DNA of 32,000 nt from Erysipelotrichaceae bacterium (GTDB lineage Bacteria; Bacillota_I; Bacilli_A; Erysipelotrichales; Coprobacillaceae), in contig JAQVDW010000019.1 of the NCBI GenBank assembly GCA_028698185.1, positions 1 to 32,000 on the forward strand, read 5' to 3'. Positions 8,738-17,869 of this stretch are shown piece by piece. The position numbers were made by a program, and so were the translations under genes. The notes beneath the pieces are model-generated. The model did not search any database. It saw nothing but the letters and a program-made list of their open reading frames with translations, and was not told where the DNA came from. Each line of letters opens with the position of its first letter. Positions within the stretch are counted from its first letter, which is position 1.

Positions 8738-8766
8738 TTGAAATCAATATGCGGATATGGTACAAT
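8738..8766 (+). promoter_or_regulatory. Sigma-A promoter of the aminopeptidase gene
   Basis: TTGAAA (8738-8743), 17-nt spacer, then TGgTACAAT (extended -10, hexamer 8761-8766). It lies about 25 nt upstream of the ATG at 8792. Confidence 0.6.
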
Positions 8767-8791
8767 GGCATCAATAAATGGAGGAAATAAG

Positions 8792-10159
8792 ATGTATAAT
8801 AAAAATGCATGGGACAAATACCGTTCGAACAATTTCCAGGATGTCATGGATTTCAACGAGGAGTACAAGGAGTTCATTTCAATCGGGAAAACCGAGCGGA
8901 TTGTCGTGAAAGAAACAATCAAGATGGCGGCTGCGGCCGGATTCAAACCATTCGGGGAAATGAAAGAGATCAAGCCCGGGGATAAATTTTATGTGACAAA
9001 TTTTGACAAGAACATTGCCTTGTTTGTCATGGGGCAAAAGCCGCTGTCTCAAGGGATGCGGATTTTGGGGGCCCATATCGATTCGCCCCGGATGGATATC
9101 AAGCAGAACCCTCTTTATGAAGCCGAAGGTTTCGCATTGCTTGACACCCATTATTATGGCGGAATCAAGAAGTACCAATGGGTGGCAATTCCTTTGGCGA
9201 TCCACGGGATTGTGGTCAAAAAAGATGGAACATCAGTGGATATCGTCATCGGCGAAGATCAAAGCGACCCGGTTTTAGGAATCACTGACTTGCTGCCTCA
9301 CCTGGCCCAAGACCAGATGGACAAAAAGGCAGCCCAGCTTATCGAAGGGGAAAAACTTGACCTGACCTTCGGTTCGATTCCGATGGCCGAAACCCAAAAG
9401 GACGCAGTCAAGGCGAATGTCCTTAAGATGCTCCAAGAAAAATACGACATCGACGAGGAAGATTTCCTTTCGGCGGAAATCGAGGTTGTTCCGGCGGGAA
9501 AAGCCCGGGATTACGGATTCGACCGTTCGATGGTCGCTGGATACGGTCATGACGACAGGGTCTGCGCCTATACTTCGTTGCAGGCAATTTTGAATGTCAC
9601 TGATCCTGAATACACCTCTTGTTGCATCCTGGTGGACAAGGAAGAGGTCGGTTCGATCGGAGCGACCGGAGCCCAATCGCTGTTTTTCGAAAACACAGTC
9701 GGAGAGATCCTGGAAAAACAGGGCAACACCAACTACCTTGACCTGCGTCGGGCCATGAGCAATTCGATGATGCTTTCATCGGACGTCTCGGCGGCTCTAG
9801 ATCCGCTGTATCCGGAAGTGACGGAAAAGAACAATGCCGCGTTCCTGGGTTATGGTGTGGTCTTCAACAAATACACCGGGGCAAGAGGGAAATCGGGTTC
9901 CAACGATGCGGCGCCGGAGTACATGGCAAGAATCCGCAACATCCTCGATGAGGCCAAGATCAATTTCCAGACTGCCGAACTAGGCAAAGTCGACCAGGGT
10001 GGCGGAGGAACAATCGCCTATATCCTTGGCAACTACAATATGAACGTCATCGATGCCGGTGTGGCGGTGCTAAACATGCATGCGCCGATGGAAGTCGTTT
10101 CCAAAGTCGACGTTTACGAGGCTTACCGAGCATACAAATTATTCTTAGAAAAAGCATAA
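8792..10159 (+). CDS. M18 family aminopeptidase (ApeA-like)
   Basis: NAWDKY start, GAHIDSPRMDIKQNPLYE, THYYGGIKKYQW, DKEEVGSIGATGAQS, KVDQGGGGTIAY and LNMHAP motifs. I chose the start at 8792 (GGAGG 7 nt upstream). The ORF-track start at 8738 coincides with the promoter. Confidence 0.9.
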   Translation: MYNKNAWDKYRSNNFQDVMDFNEEYKEFISIGKTERIVVKETIKMAAAAGFKPFGEMKEIKPGDKFYVTNFDKNIALFVMGQKPLSQGMRILGAHIDSPRMDIKQNPLYEAEGFALLDTHYYGGIKKYQWVAIPLAIHGIVVKKDGTSVDIVIGEDQSDPVLGITDLLPHLAQDQMDKKAAQLIEGEKLDLTFGSIPMAETQKDAVKANVLKMLQEKYDIDEEDFLSAEIEVVPAGKARDYGFDRSMVAGYGHDDRVCAYTSLQAILNVTDPEYTSCCILVDKEEVGSIGATGAQSLFFENTVGEILEKQGNTNYLDLRRAMSNSMMLSSDVSAALDPLYPEVTEKNNAAFLGYGVVFNKYTGARGKSGSNDAAPEYMARIRNILDEAKINFQTAELGKVDQGGGGTIAYILGNYNMNVIDAGVAVLNMHAPMEVVSKVDVYEAYRAYKLFLEKA

Positions 10160-10164
10160 ATGAT

Positions 10165-10194
10165 AAGACCGCTGATGCGGTCTTTTATTTTTAT
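10165..10194 (+). terminator. Rho-independent terminator
   Basis: aagaccgc-tgat-gcggtctt followed by ttatttttatt. Confidence 0.75.
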
Positions 10195-10255
10195 TCGAAA
10201 AAATCCGGCCGATAATTTTGATTTTCAGTAAATTGAAAATATTTGATTTATTTTA

Positions 10256-10284
10256 TTGACAAATTTATGCGCTTGCAGTAAAGT
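10256..10284 (+). promoter_or_regulatory. Sigma-A promoter of the trp operon leader
   Basis: TTGACA (10256-10261), 17-nt spacer, then TAAAGT (10279-10284). Confidence 0.55.
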
Positions 10285-10290
10285 TGTCTT

Positions 10291-10547
10291 AGAACAAACC
10301 GATGACGTGGAGATAAAAATAATTGTCGCCCTTACAAGAGAGCCTGGATGGTGGAAACAGGCGGGTAGCGGATTATTAAATGGACCATTGAGGGCGTTGA
10401 TGAAAAGTGATGAGTAGTCGACGACGGCTGACCCCGTAATAGGTCGGTGATGTGATAGCATCATAAGTGCATGGCAACATGAAGCAAGGTGGCACCGCGG
10501 TTGATAATCGTCCTTGGCAGAGCTTTTTTCTGTCGAGGATTTTTTTA
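10291..10547 (+). promoter_or_regulatory. T-box riboswitch leader, Trp-specific (specifier UGG)
   Basis: Stem I elements AGAGAG and GGTGGAAAC. The candidate specifier is TGG at 10381-10383, followed by A. The conserved T-box sequence is AAGGTGGCACCGCGG (about 10486-10500). The terminator is tccttggcag / ctgtcgagga (10511-10540) plus a T-run. Confidence 0.8.
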
Positions 10548-10558
10548 TACAAGGAGAA

Positions 10559-12025
10559 ATGAAGATGATAAGCCCAAGATTGCATGAAATTAAGAAGTTA
10601 GATTTGAAGAATTACGATTTGGTTCCGATTAAAAAGGAGATGTACAGCGATTTTACGACTCCCATCGAAGTTATGCGGATCCTCAAGAGTGTTTCGGTGC
10701 ATTGTTTCCTGCTTGAAAGCAATACCGATACGAAAAACTGGGGGCGCTACTCGTTTCTAGGATTCAATCCGAAAATGGAGATCACCGCGCTGGACAAGTC
10801 AGTAAAATGCAACGGTATCGTCCAGCAAGGATATGACGTCCACAGCTACATCCGCGAACTTCTTCATCGCAACCGCTCTTATACGTTCAAGGATTTCCCG
10901 ACTTTCACCGGCGGCCTGGTTGGTTATTTCGCTTACGATTATTTCAGCTATTATGAAAAAAACCTCGTGCTGACCAAGACCGGGGCAGAAGGCTTCAACG
11001 ATGTCGACCTGATGCTTTTCGATGAGGTCATCGTTTTCGATAACTACAAGAACAAGATCATCATCATCGGCAATGTGAAGGTGGCGGATCTTGAACATTC
11101 GTATCACCGGGTGGTCAAAAACATCAATGCGATCGAGGATCTGGTCCGCTCGAACAAGAAAGCTAAGATTCCCAACCTGCAGGTCAAATCGGCATTCAAA
11201 CCGGTTTTCAAACAGAACGAATACTGCGACATGGTCAAAAAGGCGAAACATTACATTGCCGAGGGTGATATCTTCCAGGTTGTTCTTGCCAATCAGCTCA
11301 AGGCGCAGGCTACCGGTTCCCTTTTCGATACGTACCGGGTGCTAAGGACAACCAACCCGTCGCCATACATGTTCTATTTCGGTTCGGCGTCGCTTGAACT
11401 TGCGGGAGCATCGCCAGAAACCCTGGTCAAGCTCGAAAACGGACAGATTTCGACCTTTCCATTGGCGGGAACGAGACCTCGCGGCAAGGATGAAGCCGAA
11501 GATGCCAGACTGGAAGAAAGCCTGAAAAACGACGAGAAGGAACTGGCGGAACACAACATGCTTGTGGATTTGGGCCGCAACGACCTTGGGAAGATCGCCA
11601 AGTTCAATACCGTGCGCCTGTACCATTATCTTGAAGTGATCAAGTTCTCGCATGTAATGCATCTTGGTTCTACGGTCCTGGCCAATATCGATGAAAAATA
11701 TGATGCCCTGGATGCCATCCAGGCAGTATTGCCGGCGGGTACCCTTTCCGGGGCACCAAAATTCCGGGCCGCCCAGATCATCGACGAACTGGAAAAAACA
11801 AGACGCGGAGTCTACGGCGGGGCGATTGGCTACATTGATTTCACTGGCAATATGGATATGTGCATCTCGATCCGTCTGGCCTACAAGCAAAACAACGATC
11901 TTTATGTCTGCTCGGGAGCGGGAATCGTCTATGACTCGGTTCCGGAAAACGAATACCAGGAGTGCATCAACAAGGCTAAGGCTGTCATCAATGCGATCGA
12001 GACAGCTCAGGGAGGTTTAGAATGA
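10559..12025 (+). CDS. trpE: Anthranilate synthase component I
   Basis: SPYMFYF, FPLAGTRPRG, EHNMLVDLGRND, GTLSGAPK and RGVYGGAIGY motifs. The start is at 10559 or 10565, after AAGGAG (10551-10556). The ORF-track start at 10514 lies inside the T-box terminator. Confidence 0.93.
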   Translation: MKMISPRLHEIKKLDLKNYDLVPIKKEMYSDFTTPIEVMRILKSVSVHCFLLESNTDTKNWGRYSFLGFNPKMEITALDKSVKCNGIVQQGYDVHSYIRELLHRNRSYTFKDFPTFTGGLVGYFAYDYFSYYEKNLVLTKTGAEGFNDVDLMLFDEVIVFDNYKNKIIIIGNVKVADLEHSYHRVVKNINAIEDLVRSNKKAKIPNLQVKSAFKPVFKQNEYCDMVKKAKHYIAEGDIFQVVLANQLKAQATGSLFDTYRVLRTTNPSPYMFYFGSASLELAGASPETLVKLENGQISTFPLAGTRPRGKDEAEDARLEESLKNDEKELAEHNMLVDLGRNDLGKIAKFNTVRLYHYLEVIKFSHVMHLGSTVLANIDEKYDALDAIQAVLPAGTLSGAPKFRAAQIIDELEKTRRGVYGGAIGYIDFTGNMDMCISIRLAYKQNNDLYVCSGAGIVYDSVPENEYQECINKAKAVINAIETAQGGLE

Positions 12026-12591
12026 TCTTACTAATCGACAACTATGACAGTTTCGTCTACAATCTTTACCAATTCATCGGCGAATTCAATCCGGACATCA
12101 AGGTTATCCGCAATGACGAGCTGACCCTCGAACAGATCAAGGAGATCGACTTCGAGGCTTTGGTGATCTCCCCGGGGCCGGGCCGTCCCGACCAGGCCGG
12201 CGTCATCGAGGATGCGATCCGCTACTTCTATGACAAGAAACCGATTCTTGGCGTGTGCCTTGGCCATCAGGCGATCTGCGAGGTGTTCGGGCACGAGGTT
12301 ACCTACGCTCCGGCATTGATGCATGGTAAATCAAGCCTGATGCATATCTTGAAAGACACTCCGCTGACCCACGGCATCAAGACGCCGACCATTGTCGCCC
12401 GCTATCATTCGCTGGTGGCCAGGGAAGCCAAAAGTGATCTTGAGGTCATCGGCACCAGTGATGACGGCTGCATAATGGCGGTCAAGCACAAGGACTATCC
12501 GGTTTATGGAGTGCAGTTCCATCCCGAATCGATCTTGACGATCGATGGCAAGAGGATGATTCAGAATTTCTTGGAGGAAGCAAATGATTAA
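12022..12591 (+). CDS. trpG: Anthranilate synthase component II (glutamine amidotransferase)
   Basis: LLIDNYDSFVYNL, ISPGPGRP, GVCLGHQ (catalytic Cys) and GVQFHPES. ATGA overlap with trpE. Confidence 0.92.
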   Translation: MILLIDNYDSFVYNLYQFIGEFNPDIKVIRNDELTLEQIKEIDFEALVISPGPGRPDQAGVIEDAIRYFYDKKPILGVCLGHQAICEVFGHEVTYAPALMHGKSSLMHILKDTPLTHGIKTPTIVARYHSLVAREAKSDLEVIGTSDDGCIMAVKHKDYPVYGVQFHPESILTIDGKRMIQNFLEEAND

Positions 12592-13591
12592 AGAAGCGAT
12601 AATAAAACTCACAAACAAAGAAAACCTCACCAGCGAGCAGGCGTACCAGTGCATGAATGAGATCATGGATGGGGTTGCCAGCGATGTGCAAAAAACAGCC
12701 TATCTTACGGCCCTGAACATGAAGGGCGAGACAATCGAAGAGATCACCGGCAGCGCGAGAAGCATGCGGGAGCATTGCCGGTCATTTAAAAGCGATGGCG
12801 ATTTGCTGGAAATCGTGGGAACCGGCGGTGACGGTTCGAACAGCTTCAATATCTCATCGACCTCGGCGCTCGTCCTGGCGGCTGGAGGAGTCAAGGTGGC
12901 CAAGCATGGCAACCGGGCAGCCAGCTCGAAATCGGGGGCAGGCGACGTGTACGAACAGCTTGGGGTCAAGGTCGACTGCGAAGTCGAGCGTTCCCAGACG
13001 TCGCTTGAAGAAAACGGCATCTGTTTCCTTTATGCACCTATATACCATCCGGCGATGCGCTTTGTCGGACCGGTCCGTCAGGAGCTCAAGATCCGCACCA
13101 TTTTCAATATTCTCGGTCCTTTGACCAATCCGGCCCATGCCAAAACCCAGATAATGGGTGTCTATAGCGAGGCTTTGGTCGAACCGATGGCGCATGTACT
13201 GGCCAACCTCGGTGTCAAACGTGGGGCGGTGGTTTTCGGACAGGACGGAATGGATGAGATATCGCTAAGCGCCAAAACGACGGTCATGGAAATCGACCAT
13301 GGCAAGTTCACCAGATACGAAATCAATCCGGCTGATTACGGATTCAAGATGGCGCCAAAGGCTGCGATTGTCGGGGGAACCCCTGAAGATAATGCGCGCA
13401 TCACCTTGGATGTGCTAAGCAACAAAAGCGGGCCTCACCAGGATATCGTGTTGTTGAATGCGGCAATGGGATTCTATCTTGCTGGGATAACGCCAAGTTA
13501 TGAATCGGGCATCCTTTACGCCCGTGAAGTCATCGAATCGAAAAAACCGCTTGAGATTCTTGATAAATTCATCGCGACGACAAATGGGTAG
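12584..13591 (+). CDS. trpD: Anthranilate phosphoribosyltransferase
   Basis: IVGTGGDGSNSFNISS, KHGNRAASSKSG and RTIFNILGPLTNPA motifs. Overlaps trpG by 8 nt. Confidence 0.93.
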   Translation: MIKEAIIKLTNKENLTSEQAYQCMNEIMDGVASDVQKTAYLTALNMKGETIEEITGSARSMREHCRSFKSDGDLLEIVGTGGDGSNSFNISSTSALVLAAGGVKVAKHGNRAASSKSGAGDVYEQLGVKVDCEVERSQTSLEENGICFLYAPIYHPAMRFVGPVRQELKIRTIFNILGPLTNPAHAKTQIMGVYSEALVEPMAHVLANLGVKRGAVVFGQDGMDEISLSAKTTVMEIDHGKFTRYEINPADYGFKMAPKAAIVGGTPEDNARITLDVLSNKSGPHQDIVLLNAAMGFYLAGITPSYESGILYAREVIESKKPLEILDKFIATTNG

Positions 13592-13594
13592 AAT

Positions 13595-14395
13595 ATGATA
13601 TTAGACAAATTAGTAGAGGCGACCAAAAAAAGGGTCGCCAACCAGAAAAAAGAAGTGCCGATCGAAGAGCTGAAAAGCAAGTGTAAGGAAATGGCTCCTG
13701 CTGGGGATTTCCCTTTTGAACAGGCTTTGAACAAACCGGGCTTGAACTACATTCTCGAGGTCAAGAAGGCTTCCCCGTCAAAGGGGCTGATTATGCCGGA
13801 GTTCGATTATCTGAACATCGCCAGGGATTACCTCAAAATTGGGGCGAGCTGCCTTTCTGTTCTGACCGAACCCGACTATTTCCAGGGCTCCGATGAGTAT
13901 CTTGAGGCCATCGCGGCCGGTGTCGACCTGCCGATCCTGCGCAAGGATTTCATCATCGACGAGTACATGATATACCAGGCCCGGCTGTTGAATGCCGACG
14001 CGATATTGCTTATCTGCCGTATCCTTGACCAGGATACCCTCGAGCGGTTTTATGGGATCGCCCAGAGCCTGGGGCTGTCATGCCTTTTTGAAATCCACGA
14101 TCAGGATGATCTTGACAAGGCCCTGAAGGCCAAGGCGCGGATCATCGGGGTCAACAACCGCAACCTCGATGATTTCACCATCGACCTGAACAATTCACTA
14201 AAATATCAAAAGAAGGCACATGAGGCCGGATATCAGGGTATCTTCATCTCCGAATCTGGAATCTTCGACCGCCAGGACATCGCTGTTTTGGAACAGAATG
14301 ATTTCAATGGGGTTCTTATCGGCGAAAGCATCGTCAAGGCGGCTGACCGTCAGGAATATTTCGACATGCTGCGGGGCACAAATGACAAAGGTTAA
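13595..14395 (+). CDS. trpC: Indole-3-glycerol phosphate synthase
   Basis: [46 protein letters not shown] and SESGI motifs. Confidence 0.93.
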   Translation: MILDKLVEATKKRVANQKKEVPIEELKSKCKEMAPAGDFPFEQALNKPGLNYILEVKKASPSKGLIMPEFDYLNIARDYLKIGASCLSVLTEPDYFQGSDEYLEAIAAGVDLPILRKDFIIDEYMIYQARLLNADAILLICRILDQDTLERFYGIAQSLGLSCLFEIHDQDDLDKALKAKARIIGVNNRNLDDFTIDLNNSLKYQKKAHEAGYQGIFISESGIFDRQDIAVLEQNDFNGVLIGESIVKAADRQEYFDMLRGTNDKG

Positions 14396-16151
14396 GATTT
14401 GCGGACTATTCCGTGAAGCGGACATAGCGGTAATCAACCGGGAAAAGCCGGATTACGTTGGATTCGTGTTCGCGAAATCCTCGCGTCAGGTCGATTTTGC
14501 CACTGCTAAAAAGCTGGCGGCCCAGGTTGATCCAGGCATATTGAAAGTCGGGGTGTTCGTCAACGGCGAGCACAGTTTGATCAAAAGACTTGCGGACGAA
14601 CATGTCATCGATTTGATCCAGCTTCACGGGGGTGAGGACAACGACTATATCGCCATATTGAAAAGATCGGTCCATCTGCCTTTGATCAAGGCAATCAAGG
14701 TGCAACCGGGGACTGATCTGCGAGGTCTCGACTATGATGTCGACTACTATCTCCTTGACGGTCCGGTTCCCGGATCCGGAGAGGCGTTCGACTGGACCAT
14801 GATCTCCAAACTGGCCAAGCCGTATTTTTTGGCCGGGGGCATCAACTGCGCCAATCTCGAGCAGGCCCTGGCTGTAGGTTGTTATGGAATCGATGTGTCG
14901 TCCGGGGTGGAGACGGATAAAGTTAAAGATGAAAAGAAAATTGCAACTCTGGTTAGGAGGGTTAAGATGAAAAAAGGAAGATTTGGAATCCACGGGGGTC
15001 AATACATCCCCGAAACATTGATGGAAGAACTGCATAAGATCGATGCGGCTTATGAACATTACAAAAACGATCCGGAATTCAACCGGGAACTCAAGAAGCT
15101 CCTTGACGAATATGCCGGGCGGCCATCGCTTCTATATTATGCCAAAAAGATGACCGAGGATCTCAAGGGTCCCAAGATCTATCTCAAACGGGAAGATCTA
15201 AACCATACGGGTTCCCACAAGATAAACAATGTTTTAGGGCAGGTGCTTTTGGCCAAGAAGATGGGCAAGACCCGGGTGATCGCGGAAACCGGAGCGGGTC
15301 AGCATGGGGTTGCCACAGCAACCGCGGCGGCGTTGCTCGACATGGAATGCGAGATCTACATGGGCAAGGAAGACACCGACCGGCAAATCCTCAATGTTTA
15401 CCGGATGGAACTGCTGGGGGCAAAAGTCATTCAGGTGACTTCGGGAACGATGACCCTCAAGGACGCTGTCAACGAAACATTGCGGGTTTGGACCGGTAGA
15501 ATCGATGACACTTTCTATGTGCTAGGATCGGTGATGGGACCTCACCCTTATCCGGCTATGGTTAGGGATTTCCAGGCTGTTATTTCCAAAGAAGCCCGGC
15601 AGCAGATCCTTGAAGCCGAAAACAAGCTGCCAAGTGCGGTTTACGCTTGCGTTGGCGGGGGATCAAATGCGATGGGAATGTTCTACAATTTCATCAATGA
15701 CGAAAACGTCAAGCTGGTTGGCTGTGAAGCGGCGGGCAAAGGGGTCGACACACCATATACCGCAGCGACAATCAATACCGGAAGCCTTGGTGTTTTCCAT
15801 GGCATGAAGTCGTATTTCTGCCAGGATGAATACGGGCAGATCGCTCCGGTCTACTCGATTTCAGCCGGGTTGGACTATCCGGGAATCGGTCCGGAACATG
15901 CCTATTTGAACGACATCAAACGAGCGAGCTACCTGCCGGTAACCGACGATGAGGCGGTCCACGCATTCGAATATATCGCCAAGGTCGAGGGGATAATCTG
16001 TGCGATCGAAAGCGCCCATGCGGTAGCCCAGATTATCAAGGATGCGCCAAAATATTCGCCAGACGACATCATCATCTGCTGCCTTTCGGGCCGGGGTGAC
16101 AAGGATGTGGCGGCCATAGCGCGCTACAAAGGGGTGGAAATTTATGAATAG
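14382..16151 (+). CDS. trpF-trpB: Bifunctional phosphoribosylanthranilate isomerase / tryptophan synthase beta chain (in-frame TrpF-TrpB)
   Basis: The TrpF domain starts MTKVKICGL (ATG 14382, overlapping the trpC end), with YVGFVF, QLHG and GIDVSSGVE. It continues without a stop into TrpB ([30 protein letters not shown] with the PLP lysine, GGGSNAMG). A strong internal SD, AGGAGG (14955-14960), lies before the ATG at 14967. Confidence 0.85.
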   Translation: MTKVKICGLFREADIAVINREKPDYVGFVFAKSSRQVDFATAKKLAAQVDPGILKVGVFVNGEHSLIKRLADEHVIDLIQLHGGEDNDYIAILKRSVHLPLIKAIKVQPGTDLRGLDYDVDYYLLDGPVPGSGEAFDWTMISKLAKPYFLAGGINCANLEQALAVGCYGIDVSSGVETDKVKDEKKIATLVRRVKMKKGRFGIHGGQYIPETLMEELHKIDAAYEHYKNDPEFNRELKKLLDEYAGRPSLLYYAKKMTEDLKGPKIYLKREDLNHTGSHKINNVLGQVLLAKKMGKTRVIAETGAGQHGVATATAAALLDMECEIYMGKEDTDRQILNVYRMELLGAKVIQVTSGTMTLKDAVNETLRVWTGRIDDTFYVLGSVMGPHPYPAMVRDFQAVISKEARQQILEAENKLPSAVYACVGGGSNAMGMFYNFINDENVKLVGCEAAGKGVDTPYTAATINTGSLGVFHGMKSYFCQDEYGQIAPVYSISAGLDYPGIGPEHAYLNDIKRASYLPVTDDEAVHAFEYIAKVEGIICAIESAHAVAQIIKDAPKYSPDDIIICCLSGRGDKDVAAIARYKGVEIYE

Positions 16152-16911
16152 AATGAAAAACGCCTTTACCAAGAAAGCCTTTATCGCCTTCATTACGGCG
16201 GGTGATCCCGATCTGGAAACGACCTACCAATGCATTCTTGAGATGGAAAAAGCCGGGGCCAGCCTGGTCGAAATCGGGATTCCTTTTTCCGATCCGGTTG
16301 CCGAAGGTCCGGTAATCCAGAAAGCGAACATCCGGGCGCTTAACGGCGGAGTGAATACCGCCAAAGTGTTCGAACTTGTTCAAAGGGTGCGCCAAGTAAG
16401 TGACATTCCGCTGTGTTTCATGACCTATTACAATGTGGTTTTCCACTATGGTGTGGAAAAATTCATGGCCAAGTGCCAGGATATCGGAATCGACGGTCTG
16501 ATCCTGCCGGATCTTTCCTTTGAGGAAAGCGAAGAAGTGAACCAGTTCAAAAAGAGGTACGACCTCGAGCTGATCAGCTTTGTGGCGCCGACTTCGCAAA
16601 ACCGGGTCAAAATGATTGCCCGGCAGGCGGAAGGTTTCATCTATCTGGTTTCTTCGATGGGGGTTACGGGAACCAGGTCAAGTTTTGCCGGCGGTCTCGA
16701 AGAACTTGTCGCACTGATCAAGCAGGAAACGGATACGCCGGTGGCTATCGGTTTTGGGATAAACACACCAGAACAAGTCAAGGAATTATCGCAATATTGC
16801 GACGGGGTTATCGTCGGTTCGGCGATCATCAAGATCATCGAGAAGTACGGTCAGGATGCGCCAAAGCACGTCCGTGAATACGTAAAAGAAATGGTCGCTG
16901 CCTTAGGGTGA
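16144..16911 (+). CDS. trpA: Tryptophan synthase alpha chain
   Basis: [38 protein letters not shown] and GFGI motifs. Overlaps the trpB end by 8 nt. Confidence 0.93.
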   Translation: MNRMKNAFTKKAFIAFITAGDPDLETTYQCILEMEKAGASLVEIGIPFSDPVAEGPVIQKANIRALNGGVNTAKVFELVQRVRQVSDIPLCFMTYYNVVFHYGVEKFMAKCQDIGIDGLILPDLSFEESEEVNQFKKRYDLELISFVAPTSQNRVKMIARQAEGFIYLVSSMGVTGTRSSFAGGLEELVALIKQETDTPVAIGFGINTPEQVKELSQYCDGVIVGSAIIKIIEKYGQDAPKHVREYVKEMVAALG

Positions 16912-17441
16912 AAACGATAGTCGATTATATCGGCCGGGAAATCGCCTCTTTGGAGGTGGCGGTGGCTGTCGACTTCACCATGGGAAATGGTTTCGACACA
17001 ATGAAACTCGCCAAAATGAGCCAGAAGGTTTACAGTTTCGACATCCAGCCCCTGGCGCTGGAGCGAACCCGGACACTTCTTGAACAACATGACATCCCCG
17101 CTGATCGGGTGGAACTGATCCTGGATGACCATCGCCATTTCGGGGCCTATCTCGACCGGTTCGACCTCGGGGTTTTCAACCTGGGGTACCTGCCAAACGG
17201 CGACCACCACATCACGACAACCAAAACGAACACGATTGCGACTCTTGAGAGGGCGCTAAAGGCCCTTGAAACCGGTGGTATCATCCTGATCGGAGTGTAT
17301 GTGGGCCATGACGGCGGTGTCGAAGGAGATGCCATCAGGGCCTTTTGCAGTGAGTTAGATAATGATTTCAATGTAAGCTGTTACCAAATGTTGAACAAAC
17401 AAAAAGCTCCTTATGTCATTGTCATTGAAAAAGCAAAATAG
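16908..17441 (+). CDS. mnmM: MnmM/YtqB-type SAM-dependent tRNA (mnm5s2U34) methyltransferase
   Basis: Close by-eye match to B. subtilis YtqB blocks: DFTMGNGFDT, VYSFDIQPLALERT, FNLGYLPNGDHHITT, GIILIGVYVGHDGG and APYVIVIEK. The GTG start overlaps the trpA TGA (GTGA). Confidence 0.75.
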   Translation: MKTIVDYIGREIASLEVAVAVDFTMGNGFDTMKLAKMSQKVYSFDIQPLALERTRTLLEQHDIPADRVELILDDHRHFGAYLDRFDLGVFNLGYLPNGDHHITTTKTNTIATLERALKALETGGIILIGVYVGHDGGVEGDAIRAFCSELDNDFNVSCYQMLNKQKAPYVIVIEKAK

Positions 17442-17506
17442 CCTATAAATAAGCTAGTATAAAAGTTTCAAAAATGATATCATATTATATGTAAGGAGGG
17501 GTTTTT

Positions 17507-17782
17507 ATGGAGAAAATAAACGCCATAGTGACGAGTCCGGTAGGATTGTATGCTGCATCAGCAACTAAACTTGTCGAAGCAGTAAAGATTTATGAATCGC
17601 AAATTTCGATTACTTATGAGGGGAAAACGCTGAACATGAAATCAATCATGGGAGTGTTGTCATTGGGAATTCCGGAGAAAGCGAAGGTTCAAATCACCAT
17701 CGAAGGGCAAGATGAACAAGCGGCACGCGATGACATTATAGGCCTGCTAGAACAGCTGGAAATAGGGCAAGAAATAAGATAA
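17507..17782 (+). CDS. HPr-family phosphocarrier-like protein lacking His15 (Crh-like)
   Basis: 91 aa with AGGAGG 8 nt upstream. The Ser46 region GKTLNMKSIMGVLSLG is conserved. The His15 region reads GLYAASA instead of G(I/L)HARPA, with Tyr15 encoded by TAT at 17549-17551. Confidence 0.85.
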   Translation: MEKINAIVTSPVGLYAASATKLVEAVKIYESQISITYEGKTLNMKSIMGVLSLGIPEKAKVQITIEGQDEQAARDDIIGLLEQLEIGQEIR

Positions 17783-17810
17783 GTCAGGGCTTTCTGGCTT
17801 GTCTTTTTTT
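17781..17810 (+). terminator. Rho-independent terminator after the HPr-like gene
   Basis: aagtcag-ggcttt-ctggctt (one G-U pair) followed by gtcttttttt. Confidence 0.5.
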
Positions 17811-17811
17811 C

Positions 17812-17840
17812 TTGATGAAAACCGGTTATTATGCTATATT
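17812..17840 (+). promoter_or_regulatory. Sigma-A promoter upstream of mraY
   Basis: TTGATG (17812-17817), 17-nt spacer, then TGcTATATT (extended -10, hexamer 17835-17840). Confidence 0.55.
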
Positions 17841-17869
17841 TTAGGTACTGTAAATAAAAGGAGTATATT

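Noticed and set aside
8431-8973. 180-aa minus-strand ORF (and the nested 84-aa ORF at 8460-8714)
   Set aside because: It would start inside the aminopeptidase coding region and run through that gene's promoter. It has no SD, and its composition is Trp/Arg/Ser-rich with no recognisable domain. I treat the region as noncoding (see the finding on 8340-8735).
10514-10558. Upstream extension of trpE (ORF-track start at 10514)
   Set aside because: The extension lies within the T-box terminator hairpin and U-run. The AAGGAG RBS at 10551-10556 instead serves the ATG at 10559 or 10565.
14220-14381. N-terminal extension of the trpF-trpB ORF into trpC
   Set aside because: This is out-of-frame read-through of the trpC 3' end. 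The TrpF domain begins at MTKVKICGL (14382).
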